The position numbers and the translations under genes were made by a program. A DNA stretch of 64,000 bases from Ophelia neglecta. Taxonomy: Eukaryota. Shown piece by piece: positions 50,296 to 64,000 of this stretch; within the stretch, counting starts at the first letter, position 1; every line of letters begins with the position of its first letter. The stretch spans positions 17,980,001-18,044,000 of the forward strand of contig OZ260662.1 of assembly GCA_965285935.1 (NCBI GenBank), written 5' to 3'. The notes under the pieces are model-generated. The model was not told the DNA's origin. It searched no databases and was given only the letters and a program-made list of their open reading frames with translations.

Positions 50296-51110
50296 AAAGG
50301 AAGTTGCTTCATGGCCCTATTCTGTGATTTATTCTGTGTATTATGCTCCGGAACGTCCCCATGTTATTGGCAGATCATCCATTAAACCGATTATGATCGT
50401 AATGTATTGTATGTAAACAGTAATGCTAATGCCATGTTTGGGGCTTTTATATTGAATGTCACTTAACATATATACACGCAATGTGCATTATTTTTGTTAA
50501 TACATTGAATGCATTGTATACTAGATTGAGTTAAAAGGACACTGCATGCATGAGGACTATGCATATGAGGCTTGAAGAATCCCCCAAAGCTTATATGTAA
50601 TATTATACAGCACTGATTCATGATATAAAGAGTTAGTCTCCGAGTTGGTCCCATCCATTCAGGGGTCTATGTGTAGCCTTGGTGTATGTGAATTCCCATG
50701 AGTCGGTATCGAGAAGAGCAGGGGCTTCAAGGATATTTATCTTGTTTTCAGCTTGGACGGCACCATTAGCGCTATTTGCTGAGATAAAGAGCAGATGGGG
50801 AACATATACCGGTCGCCCTTGTGATTGTTTATTACAGTAAGCCACCGAACAGTCATTGGAGGCGATAACTTGCTGTAGATTTGCTGTACTCGCTTAATCA
50901 CCCGCCATCTAGATTTACTTTATTAATGCTGGCAGTCCTTTGTTTATATATTGAAATAGGACAAATTATGATATATAATTTAAGTGCTACAGAAGCATCG
51001 TCAGATTATATGAGAAATGTAACATAAAGCGTTATTGGGAACCTCCATATATTTCCATACATATTGATAGTGACTACCTGGAACAGAACATAGAACAAAG
51101 AGACACCTCT

Positions 51111-51171
51111 GCAGGTGATCAAGGCCGACACCTGCTGATCTGGTGCAGATATTGTATATAGCACGCAGCTG
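51111..51171. promoter_or_regulatory. Cluster of three GCAGSTG class-A E-boxes (candidate proneural bHLH enhancer)
   Basis: GCAGGTG at 51111, CACCTGC at 51129 and GCAGCTG at 51165, all within 61 bp. Confidence 0.3.
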
Positions 51172-54100
51172 TCAGGCTACTATTCAGACCTCTACCAGTT
51201 GAAGGAATTGACAGTACCTTCGATGTTGGCAGGCTACCACTAGCAGGCGGCAGGTTAAATATATCGGCTGACCTTTCACCATATCGCCTGGCGGAGAATG
51301 CGCTTTAGGCCACTTTCATTGCTACACGAACAGGTACGCTCTAGAAAAAAGTATCACGCCCAAGAAAAAGTAGAATGTTGAGGAACAAGATTATGAAAAT
51401 TCAGCTTCAACATTTCAACATCCAAAGTTAGGTGTTAGGTCAATTTACAAGTGAGAACTGGTGAACAAGTGAGGATGGTTTACGCAATGCCCCCCCCCCC
51501 CCCCCTCAGCACACATATGCACACATTATATCAACTGTCTGGTACAAAGTTCACTTGTCGAAGTGTTCATATGATAAGGTTTTGACTCAGACAAAGTAAG
51601 TGGATATACGCAGACAAAACAAAATCGTTTTTTCGAGAATGGTTATTCAAATGGATCCGAATTTAAAATAAACGAGCAGCGGCAAACAACCAAACTTCTA
51701 TCCTAAACTCAATACCATTATAAACTCTCAAAACCGCACTCGATCATTATTAACCAAAAATGAATGGCAACGAGACTCATGTTAGCTATCGAGCAGGTGG
51801 GCTGAAGAACATGTAATGGGTTATCCGAGTAAGGACCTGCTGGCAGAATTTATAAACGATCGGCCGCTGCCTTATAAGTGATTTAATACACCAGGGCTTA
51901 CTACATCAACAATCAGTTGTCTGGTAAGAACGATACTTTAGCCTTCACACAAACATGTGAAAACGCGATCAGCAGAAGAGCCATACTGTTACCAACAAGG
52001 CCAATATGTAGATTACTGCTATTAAACGTGCGACCAGTGTGTAAGCCATTCTTTGCCAAGAAAAACACATTTTTCTCTTGACCGATGAATGGCTTGGATT
52101 GGGGTGTTGTGTGTATAAAACTGTCACGTTAGACAAAGAGAATGTCACAGTTAGAGTAAACTAAGAAAATAATAATATATGTTGATTAACTAAAATCTCA
52201 AGTATTTCGCTGTTCTATCAGCTGATGCATTCGTTTAGTTTTGCTAGATAATAATAGTTAATTGACTCTTAATCAATTATAATATAAAAGTCAAATTCTA
52301 TTCAAACTACTATTATATCTATAATGTCATTAAATAATTCATCAGCTGTAGCTGAAATACAAGCAAACCTAGGCAAAAGAGTCTCAGGACAAATGTAAAA
52401 CCTCCAAAATGTTCTCCATGTTAAAAATTGTTGTGTTGTTTCACGACGAACTAGTTTTTGTTTTGGAAACATTTGTCGCCACTGTTTTGCCGTTGTTTAT
52501 GATCGTGTGCGTCAGTATACATGTTAACCATAACCACAATGCTATTAATTGTGGTTAAACATAGTATAAACACTTTCGTCTGTGGATTTGGCACTGATTA
52601 TTTATTCCCGCGATAGGGACATTTCGCGACAATTCCCTGGCCGCGAAAACTCCTGATTTACGGTGAACATATAATGTTGTTGGCGTGCAGGATCATTTAA
52701 ATGCTTTGGATATTTAAACCATGCACTTTACTGCAAACTAAAGTAAATATTAGTACCTCTAAAATTCAGTATAACTGACTTTTTTCCCCATAGTAACAAG
52801 ATGGAAGATTGATATTTCTGTTGATTTAAGTAGACACCTAACATTTAAAGCACTAGAGCTTGCTACCAATTTGAAACATATTTATACTTACTTCTCACTC
52901 ACAACCCTTGCTTTCCTCTTCAAGCTTAAAATAGTTTTTTTTTCCATTTTAATGATTATATTGTTAATTTGAAGCCGTGTATGTAATGACAAATCTTAGA
53001 CAAAAGCAGAAATTTGTTTTTGTGATGTGTAATCCTTTTTAAAAGCTGAATCAGCTGGACAAAGAAACATAAAAGCACCTAGTCAAGCAAATTTGCTTCT
53101 TTTCAATAAATTGGATGTGCTGTGATCAGGACGAAATGCCACCCACAGACGAAAATGTCAGGATGCTCAGCATTCTTCTACACGTCACCAAATGGGACAA
53201 CCTTTTGAACATTTGACTTTTTTATTGGTCGATATATTGAGCTGCTCTTGTCAAAGGCGCAGAAATCAAGGCCCGCTGAGTGGGTTATTCCTAATGACCC
53301 ATGATGTTTCTGATGAGGCCCGTTCATGAATTGATCCCTGCAAACCTGTTTTCTTTACACCAATCGATGTTTACACGGCGACCTGCCGAATACAACATAA
53401 TTGTCATGAGTTTAATAAATCAATTTATTTGGGGAAAAGGTAGTAAGGCAAGGCCTATTTCAGAGGTTGAAATACAATTTGGCTTCGACCGATTTCTATC
53501 TTGGAGCGCCATACCATAGAAGTGCATGTGCAACAGGGAATAATAACAGTACATCAATTTATCCCTACGCTACCCCCCCCCCCCCCCCCCTCTCAACCCA
53601 AATATCCTACAAGATGCCTACTTCGTTAAAATTGTAAATTCAGTAAACACTGATATATATTTTACATTAGGTGAAAAAATAATATATAGAAAGAACAATT
53701 GCTTTTCATCATTTTCATTACTTTCACTATCATCATGATTGTCAATCAAAATTCCGTGTCATTAATGCATAGGGTTGTTATTTGCCAGCCCAACAAATGT
53801 CCATTACTGTGCGTACAATTGAAATTAACCCTGCTGTCACCAATGCGTTCAATCATAATTTCCTGTGTCTTTCGAACTACCGCTATTTATTTAAGTAATG
53901 GTGCTAGATGCTTTATCATTCTCGGCGAGATACGTAATGTAACGTTGGTGTCAACGGGCTAATAAAATTAGCATAATCCAAAGCTCCAATGAGCAGTTTG
54001 CTGCAAAAGAACACACTGGCGGCACAATGCTTTGATGAAATTAGCTCGAGCAAACCATCTCCTTTATAGGTTTTTTAAATCCTACTGGTATAAAGTTTCT

Positions 54101-54649
54101 CCCAACTAGCCATCCGAAATTTGTTTTGTATCTCCATATCATTTGTCATTTTTGCAAGCCAACAGAGTAGCCATATTGGTTATAGACTAGTATCTGGCAT
54201 CCTAGCTCATCAGCGGTATGGTGTAAGTTAGCATACTCGTCAGGTGCTATCGTATGGCACAGCAGGTGTTGGCAATAATCGTCGTTGACCTTCCTATTGA
54301 CGTAGGAACGTAAACGCTGCTTGTATATATGCGAATCGACACAGAGTCCTGCAAACCCAGGGCATTTAGCAAATAAGCTGAGTAACATTATCGGGTTAAT
54401 AACCTGGAATATGGCAAGGCCCAGAGATCCTTAAGTACGTGACACCTGATAAGTTAAAGATATCTCACTGAACTATATGACTTTTCGTTAGATAAGGCAG
54501 ATGTTTTACCCAGGCTACTCATTTATGCAGAAAAAATATGCACAGTAAATCGTACGGGTTGGTTTTGTGCAATGACATTAATATTCGAGTTATATTCGAG
54601 TAATATTCAAGTAATATTCGAAAGAATCGCCACGGCACTGCTTGTGTTA

Positions 54650-54871
54650 GTGTTATCTTCAAACCAGCTAGCAAACCCACCATGTGACATCAGTTTGGAA
54701 TAACTGTACTGCACTGATAAAAGGTGTTATCTTCAAACCAGCTAGCAAACCCACCATGTGGCATCAGTTTGGAATAACTGTACTGCACTGATAAAAGGTG
54801 TTATCTTCAAACCAGCTAGCAAACCCAACAGGTGGCATCAGTTTGGGATAAATGTACTACACTGATAAAAG
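54650..54871 (+). repeat. 74-bp tandem repeat x3
   Basis: GTGTTATCTTCAAACCAGCTAGCAAACCCACCATGTG.CATCAGTTTGGAATAACTGTACTGCACTGATAAAAG starting at 54650, 54724 and 54798. Preceded by an 11-bp (A/T)ATATTC(G/A)AGT x4 array at ~54580-54621. Confidence 0.95.
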
Positions 54872-57800
54872 CTAGAATATACAAACAGGTGATCTTCAAT
54901 TAATCAGAAGGTAAGTATCATCTTGTGATTGGGTAGCAGACACACCAGACAGCGTTAAATAGGGTTGATTCGGGGTCTTTTTGGCGATTGGGATGATGTT
55001 AAAACCAAGACGCATTCGAGGTTGGTGGGAATCTAGTTACGCCTTTAATCCACGACTATCTGCCGGCGATCTAAGGGATGATGCAAGTGAGTAATAGATC
55101 GTAATAGTGAATATACTATCTGGAACATGGCTGCGTTTTCCAATAGACTGCTTGATCCTTTCAACTACATACATATCTCTAGCTGCCGGTGTGCGGGGCT
55201 CAGGGCTCCGTTTATCAATACCTTCAGGTAATGTGTCAATTGAGTTGGCATGTGTTTGACTACAGTGGACTAACATTTGGATATTGATCATTAGCATGGT
55301 ATATAACTGGGCCCACCTGAATGAATGTAACGGCATTTCTGAAATTAAGACGAGATTAAGGCATTTCGCAATTTAGATATATAAAACATTTGCCCGTAAA
55401 GTAAACACGGTAACTATGTAACTAATGTTTTTGAGCTATCTATTGTAATTTAAAGACTGCAGGTAGAACTTCTCAGATAGGTACAGCACTTATTGTTATA
55501 ATCATGGGAAAGGGCGAGAGTTATTTAAAGGTAATGTGATTAACGTTCGTTTTCGCAAATTAGCTTTCGCCCTAGTCTAATTGGATGTTTTTCAATGAGA
55601 AACAAAACTAAGCTCATTTGGCACAGATACTATTCAAACATTAAATGAGCTCCATATTTTCTATGTTTATTACAGGATTAATTTTAGTCAGTGGGAAGGC
55701 TAACACCTTATATACGTCAAACTGTTGGGAAGGCTGTCAAATATGGCAGTTAAGACGAGCTTAAAAAGCATCAATGTTAAATGGAATGGAATAATCGTCG
55801 TAGATGTGTGCACGATCAATTGAATACTCCAAAAAACAGCACTGCCCCTTGTCTCTATGAAATATATATTCGTTATGGTGCAGTACCGAATATTTGCAAG
55901 ACGTAGACATACAAATAAATAGATGCCAATGACCAAGATATAAATGCGAACGTCATAATTAACTTTAAACCTTGGTGCTATGATATAATTTATTCTAAAA
56001 TACTCTAAGAACTACTCCCCCTCCCCTCATCACACCAGGCCCTACCTACTTAATGTAGCCATACCATTGTAGGTATTACAAAGTATATATCGCATGATCA
56101 TGGATGACAATGCAGGCACACATTTTCTTGGTATTTGTTACGTGTTTCAAGGTGACAGGTTGTATTAGCGCCAGACACTATCCATGCGGGTAATCACCCT
56201 TGATATTAACAAGCGGAAAATGCAAATGTAGGCTTTGGTGGTGAGTATAAACGAATTTGAGCTTCCGACACAATGGAATGATACATGCATTAATCAAGCT
56301 TGACTAGTATGATTTCAGCTAGACCCATTAAGGCAATTTGTTATCTCTGAAAGCACTGGCTAGTGCTGTATAATTCAATTTCAAAGCTAGAAAATAATTG
56401 AATTCGTTTTATTTGCATAATAAAAACTGTCCCAACTTTAACTGATAGTCGCAATGGGAGAATTTATCTGAGATAATGCTTGTAAATGTGGTGTGATAAT
56501 ATAAATAGGCCGTTTATCTGTGCCTCAACTGTACCTTTCATTTTAAGCTGAGTCCACCTTGTAGTGAGACCAGACACACAGAAAATAGAGCAATCCCTAT
56601 GCTGGCAAAGGTCTGTTTTATCGATTACTCCGAATTTGAACTGTGTATTCCTTGAAATCGAATTGAGGTTTTGATATACACATGAAGGCGTTTGATGCAA
56701 GAACTTAAGAATCATTTATCGTTTTATCATTATATATAAATTTTTTAGAAAGGGAAGCGTAAACAGCGACAAAATTTTATGTCACACTGTTGATGGCGAT
56801 GACCCAGGTCACCCCGTCTCCTGTAGAACGCATCATGTAATATAGCTTTGTAATGATGTCTGACATCCAAAGTCATGTCTACAAATGCATATATGATTTT
56901 TTACAATATCAGTGAAGTTTACAGAGCTTCTAACTTAATCATAATTAGAATGTTGTATACCCAACGGACAAACCTAGATATTCCGAAGGAGAGTGTAGAT
57001 TTTGTTAAAGCAAGTGATTCACATATGAACGAATATGTTTTATGCAACAAAAGTGCTAACAGGTCTTATAACACCTGCGTGCTCTTAGATTGTATACCTA
57101 ATCATATAAACTATAGATTACAACTAACTAGCAAAACATAAGATTGCGTATATAGACTTTTGTATCCACATTCTAGCATGAGCATTAAAGAATATTTACG
57201 TTTTTGAACTGTTTAGTTCAATGAAGCCATTGTTTTTCGACATGACATATTATCAATCTAGATTAGTAAAATATATTGAACAGAATGTTTTCCTAGATAG
57301 AGTTTATATGAGTAAAATGGCAAGGAATAGCGTAGCGAAGTGTCACTTACAAGTCCAATGGGGTAGTAATTATAATGTTCTAAGCCTTGAGTGTATCCAT
57401 TGGACAGCTGAAAACGTGCATGTGGATGTCCACCGCTTACTATCTGATGCTTCGCTCCCGCTTCTATACAACGAGTGAACTATCGCTCGAATTGTTAGCC
57501 GCTCGAGTACAGCCAATGTTTATCCAGCTTCCAATCTGAGTTACGTATTCAGTATTTCCTGATGGTTTAGTTGTCTTTAAACTTGTAAGTAGTATAAAGA
57601 CATATCCATCTAAATCAAAGATAACATGTATAGTAACATTTAGCCAACTGGCTCAATCCACATGGGTTTTGTCCGCTAGTGTGTGGAGAATTAAACCTGA
57701 CTATTCCCTCTGACAACAAAACTATATGTTATCCTATCCTAGCTCATGTAACATTTACTAATTTCACAAGTACCCGACCTTCACATTCTGACATTCCACA

Positions 57801-60800
57801 CATGCCTTTGATTGAAGGCCAGTGTGCCTGCAATATTGACAGTGTACCGCCGGGAATAAACAATGCATTAGACAGAGAAGGCAAACGTTCTTACTGAAGC
57901 TAATAAATAATGCTGTTGTTAGTCAGGAAAAGCTTCACTTCCATTGATTAGTGTCGGATATTATAAACTTAGGGCCGATGAAAGATTTTTGGCTCGGCCA
58001 AAATAAAAAGCCATTTTATTCTGCTCGCACAAATGTGAAATCGCCGTGGAATATAACTCAATTTATCCTTGCCAGAAGGACACATATACAAATAAAACAA
58101 CAAATAAACGAAAGGTTTGTTATTGTGCGTTCAATATTGTCGTACACATTGGGACAAATGTGGCACACTTTATAGGTTACAACCGACTATCTTATCAATT
58201 GACATAATCACCTATTCATATGTGTTATTAAGTCATATGTATAACATAACTACTCGTCAGGTCACTCTCCTATATAGTGCAGAGATATTTCATTTCGAAT
58301 TAAGACGTCGACCTTCTAGTTTCATTCAGCTTGAGCACATTTCATGTAGAAGGTCCCCTTCCCTATTTTAATCCATGAAGCAAAACTGTTTATGTAAATG
58401 ATCAATACATGTGGAAAGCTGTATTGCTAACCCGGGGGAGAGTTTCTTACCGAGGAAGTATAAGATTTGATGATAAAAACATATGAAAGAAAGCTACTAT
58501 AATCAAAACTAGCAATAATTGCTATTGTTCCATCATGAACAAGGCAAAGACGTGGCATGTATAGGGTGTGTAAAAATCAGTTGACATGCCGATGGAGAAT
58601 TTCCAACATACTCCAAATAGCAAAACCCATCTAGCATTACATGGAACTTCTGTAAATCAGGAAATCATCTCCACTATTCACTATAGCCGCGAAATTTTGG
58701 ACGATTTCAAGCTCGAGAACACTTCCTATATTCAATCATCCCCACTTAGTCCTTAGACTTAAGCTTCTTCTGGTTTCTGATTATTTCAGACCAATGGAAT
58801 GGCTTATTGCTGATCAATGGTTTGGCTTTGATTCCACACTCGTTTCTTTTAGTGACGAAATTTCATATCGAAAATATATTTTGTATAGGGCTTGTCAGAG
58901 CTTCCATCAAAATGTGGTTCATTTGGTAATACACTTAAAAAAGTCCTGCATGTGTAGAGGATGGACCTAGACATAGGGATTTAACCTTAGTCCACTATAA
59001 ATTCTGTCACTGCTTCAGTATGTTCTAGCAACATATATTACACACTGACACACTGACATTTTTTTTATATATATTTATGAAAATGAGATATTCCACGCCT
59101 GAATGGGCATTTGATTCTACCCATACGGCGTTCATTAATATGTGTATCTTAGGTACTTAGGTAACAACCCCCTTCCACGCCCTATTATGACTGGCGAAAT
59201 ATTCCTCCGCACAAAACTCTTGGTATAAAATATCACTGCCAGCCATAGCATTCAAAATACATTTGTTGATTTTCACACCTGTTCGGTGAATTGTAATTAA
59301 ATATTTGATGAATGATGGTTGCAAGTCTAACGATATTTCACAAGCTACATGTCTCAATTAAGTAAGGACAAATCCAGATGCTAAGGGTAGAATATACTCA
59401 TCTGGTTATACTTGATGTAGCGGGCAAAGCTGGTAACCAAATCTAAAATTTTAACGACTGATCAATGTATAAACCATACAACAAAACAACTACTTTGGCA
59501 CATATTAGAAGGTAGAGCGATGTTGAATATGAAAATGTAATATTCCAATAATCTTGTATAATCTTTGCCATAGCCTAGCTATATATCAGGGCATCGAAAG
59601 AAACGTTATTGCACTGACAGAATCAGCGTTATTTCTCAAGGCTGGAAGTAGTTGATAAGGTTCGGAAAGACGTGAGATTTCAGGCGCGAGCTAATGATTG
59701 ACACTATTCACTGCCAGAAAGATGCCTGGGCGTTCATCATTTTAAAAGCATCGCGGCCCCAAACACTGAGATCAATGTATCTATTTGATTTGTTTCCAAA
59801 TACAAGCAGCTATTGAATATAACATGGTTTAAACACCGAAGGTGTCATACAGGACACGGACGGCGTTTTAGAGTATTAGAAAGCTTCTGAACGATATATA
59901 TATATGTATTTGTTTGAGAGATTTTTTTAAAGTTTAAGGGACTGAGAGATGTATACACGTTTAAACCGAAATAAACCTGAACTAAACGTCGGCAATTATC
60001 TTGTATGTGTCTTGATTCCTTTTCCCTTCTTATAGCCAGCTGCATGGACAATTATCAAAATTGCCATTTGTAAGTCATATGGCTTGTACTTGGGGTCAAG
60101 ACCCCACTTCAAGGCAAGAAACAAAGCCACGATATGTAAAGTATACGATCAAAACGAGGGCCCAGTTTCTAGAAGCTGTCTTAAGTTTCGGTATTAGCTT
60201 AGCATATAACTGATTAGCTGAGACTGCTTTAATCGTTGTGTTTCAGACAAGTACCCCTGGACCAGGATTAGGCTTAAGACTAAATCCAGCAACAAAAAAA
60301 GAACCGCTTAACACATCATGAATGATTAATCACTTTAATCCTGATTTTCTACGGAAATAAAATGAAGGGTGCCTCCAGATTTTCAATCATGAAAATAAGT
60401 GCCATAAATTATTTACTGTAATGAGGATTCCGAAAGGGTGAAAAATGAGAATCCATAGGCAGATTTATGCATTGGGGAAATACTTTGTATTCTATACCGG
60501 CAAATGTTTTCTTACTACTTATGATAGATTAATTTGGTTTCAATGAATGTTTATAAACTGTGCATACTATGTTGAAGTAGCGCCATACACCTTACGGATG
60601 ATTATCCCGTTTTCCCTTTGTTTTCCAACAGGACGGTACACCTGGGGTATCGGTCATGTACTCATTGGCGCTTTATTATAAGAAAGCAGTTTGTAGAGGC
60701 TTCGCAGGGACCCGGGAGACAGTTACATTCAGACGATTCGATGATAATGTAACCATAGCGACTTTTTATATGCATTGAATGATATAGCGCCAGCTGTATG

Positions 60801-63800
60801 GACAATTATCAAAATTGCCATATTTCATTCTCTAATGGTACAGTATTCAGTCGACAACTCTGCTCGTCTTGTCTTTTATGTATTAGCAGCTTCCTTTATA
60901 GCTGTGTTTATTGTTTATTGTTTATGCGTTGACGTCGACATATAATACCCGGGGTTAAAACCCGGACAGTAAAGAATATGTTCTGTGGCTCCCACTAAGA
61001 TGTAATAGTAGATATTTCCGTTTGTCCTTTTTTTAGCTTTTGATCATTCCAACATTTCAGACAAGATGCTAAATTGAGGAGTTTCTGAACGGTTTTAATG
61101 TTTATGAAACGACCATGAACAACATGGACCCGATTCCATCATGGCATACATGGTTTGGGTAATACAACCTCATGGGATAAAAGATATTTTGATTTTGAAC
61201 AAAATGACCTGATTATCTCGAAGAAAGACGTAGGCGTCGTGGGATGCCGTTGTAAAAGTTTTGAGAGTTCCCTTGCTGCAAATTTCACGGACTACATTTA
61301 CTAACCCTAAACTCAAACCAGGCGACATGTCTTTAAACACAAGTATTAATCGTCGGACGCTATAGAAATCCTGGTATAGCAGGAACACATTTGGGTAATT
61401 CTTGGTTATTAAGTCCCCCAGTACCAAACACTATCACATGCCCGGCATCTTGTTTTCCTACGGCTTTGAGTTGAGAGTTACCTTTCAGCCAGGGGATATA
61501 GTACTCTAATACACAGGTATGAAGGTTCTAAGACTTTCTTGTTTGGAAGGCTCTTCACAACGTGAATAACCATGAGTTCTTGGAACTTGAAGTAAGTGCG
61601 CCAGGTCCACCCATCTGGACATATTGCCATTATCATTTAAACCTGCTTTCGAGTTATTGGTATACGTTTAGTAAGTTGGTAAAACATAGACTTATTGCTT
61701 CGACGAAATAATTTTATTGTAGGATAAGCGTTCCGGAGATGATTCTTCCCCAAGCAGAACAATAAAACGAAACTCAACTTCAGCATCATAACGGCTGCGG
61801 GTAACCTTATATAATTATGTGATTGCGCCATTTATTAAAATCGAACCCCCCCCCCAAAGATAATCCCAATTAACCTATGTATATATAGATACACGTAACC
61901 AGAATCTGCTTTATTATGTAATGGCTGAAATTGAGAGGATTTGACAAATCTGATTTTATTGAAAAATATTTTGAATGACTTAAGACTTAAACAATGACGA
62001 AGAGTTGTAGCACAGAATGATAACACTAAAGGGTAACATTTCATCTGTCCATAATCTTACAAATTAATATCCATTTCGATCAAGTTGTACAATGACAGTT
62101 AACCAAATCCTGTTGCCGTACTGTCATTACAAGGTCTATACAAATTTTATATGCTGGACAGGAGAAGTGCATGTATGTATAGAGCGAAGGAAAGTTTATT
62201 GGGGTGATCTTATAGCAGAGTCCTAACACATATCACATACCCCAGGCCAAAGTAAAATGGGGCTGCACCTGCTGTTTCATTACTTGTTCTACCCGGGATT
62301 CAAAGCTCAACCGGTGAAAATATCTGCCCCCTTGTGTGAACTGTGATTCTAAAGCTAATAGTAAATACTCTCAACCCCTGGACACCATGGCGGTTCAGTC
62401 AGAATAAAGATCATATGCATCCAACTGCCATTGAAATCCTACCTCAGCTACAAGGCACATTTAACCACATTCAGCAAAGACTGTACGAATCGTTTGCCCC
62501 CCCCCCCACCCCCCCCCTCCTCAGTTCTTCATTAGTGTATGACCCATGATTGCGGAGGTGGGGGAAAAGATGCTCAAACTGCCTGAAGGCAATTCTTGAA
62601 GAGCCATCTCAGATCTTCAAGGCCGGCCTCGCCAATCGGGCGTAGTGGAGCGGTGCCTAATGAAATGGTTGGGACTTCGAACGCATGGACTACCTGCTCC
62701 AGACGCATTAGAGTCGACGTGGTGGCTTTGGTAAAGTGCTAACCCAACTGACACTGAAAGGATATAAGGCTAAATGTCAAGTTTCCATCAGCCTAAGAAC
62801 TCAGTTATAGACAGATAGAGTTACGAAGAGCAATGTGATGGCGCTCCATGAACGGGCCTTTCACCCTTACCTAACGTTCACGCCACTAACCTGTGGGCGT
62901 GCTTAATATATTTGTAGTTTCTTATACAGGCCGACCTGCTGATTATTGCCGACAGTTATCGACTTATTTTCCTATTTGAAGTATGAAATAACACAATCGT
63001 TATAAAATAAATAATTACAAAAATATAAATTTAAACGACATTGCATATACCCAACTGAAGAAAAGTTTCCGCAGTATATGTTTTTTCAAACGAAGCCGAA
63101 AATGTTTTTTGCCCCTTCTACACTTGATTCTCAGGTTTATTGACCAAGCCGTTGCTTGAACCGCTGTTAGCCTACCCCATGTTATTATTCATAAATGTTT
63201 TGACAGCATAATTGAAATTATACGGGATTCTTGGATACAACATTGATTCACTTTCAAGCGTAATGCAATTTGTCAGCTGGTATTGTAATCACAGACGTTA
63301 CTACTTCAACAATCACGCAGCTAAATTAGTGATTTGTCCGTGATTCTCCCTTGCTTGAAGCACTGTGCCCAGAAAAAAAAAGTTTTGCCATCTTCATGAT
63401 ATCGCAATTTGTTGTCATATTTTATACGCCATGAAAACTTAAATTAAAAGTTTGCATATACGATTACAGACAATTTGCCATAATCTGCTTTCTAATTTAT
63501 ATTATCAAATATGCATTTATTGAATAATACATTTCTATTGAAATGCCCGTTCAAATACATTGCCTTAAATTACATTTTGCCTTGCTATGAGAGCGCACTT
63601 GTTTGAATAATTCGCTCTTTGTGAGTGTCATCCGAAAGGTAATTTCTCTGTTTTGGTTGACTGTTTAGTACTACTAGAGTATATTTGTCAACAAATATGG
63701 GCAGGAGCCTATCGACAATTGATAAGTGGCAATTGATGGGTCTCTTCTGTTTGATTCTGTTCATATTAATGTTAGTTTGTTATGTTATCGAGGTCTGCTG

Positions 63801-64000
63801 CAGCTTAATGTTTCTGATCATTAGTGACCTGTTGAGTTAGTCTTTACCACATTCCCATTTGTTTTTCCTGCTCAGTATATATTGCCAGTAGAAATACTGA
63901 TTGCTTATTTAAGAACAATAAGCAGTTTTAGCACTAAAAACTGAGATTTAAGTAGCCAAAAAGAATTATCTTCCTGAAAACTACATATTTCTAACGCTTA

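Overview
AT-rich animal (eukaryotic) genomic DNA, most likely from a marine invertebrate. The lophotrochozoan-like assignment is an inference from the receptor type and repeat landscape. The only protein-coding gene I can support is a minus-strand nicotinic acetylcholine receptor (nAChR)-family Cys-loop channel subunit. Five coding exons splice in frame with GT/AG boundaries: 37758-37824, 16912-17060, 14149-14193, 4960-5069 and 3226-3764 (910 nt, 303 codons). They cover the signal peptide, the whole ligand-binding domain, M1, M2 and the M2-M3 linker. The M3/M4 exon(s) were not found and presumably lie beyond position 1. The subunit keeps the alpha-defining vicinal CC and a cation-type GEK pore, but four of the five aromatic-box residues that bind acetylcholine are replaced (loop A Y>M, loop B W>Y, loop C Y190>L, loop D W>L). 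This makes it a candidate non-cholinergic or sensory 'orphan' cation channel and the most interesting signal in the window. The rest is intron and upstream DNA. It holds a ~3.6 kb head-to-tail duplication, several non-autonomous DNA transposons (Tc1/mariner-, PIF/Harbinger-, Sola-, Helitron-like and others), two decayed LINE RT fragments, tRNA-derived SINE heads, minisatellites and candidate neuronal cis-elements. Nearly all ORFs in the supplied track are spurious.
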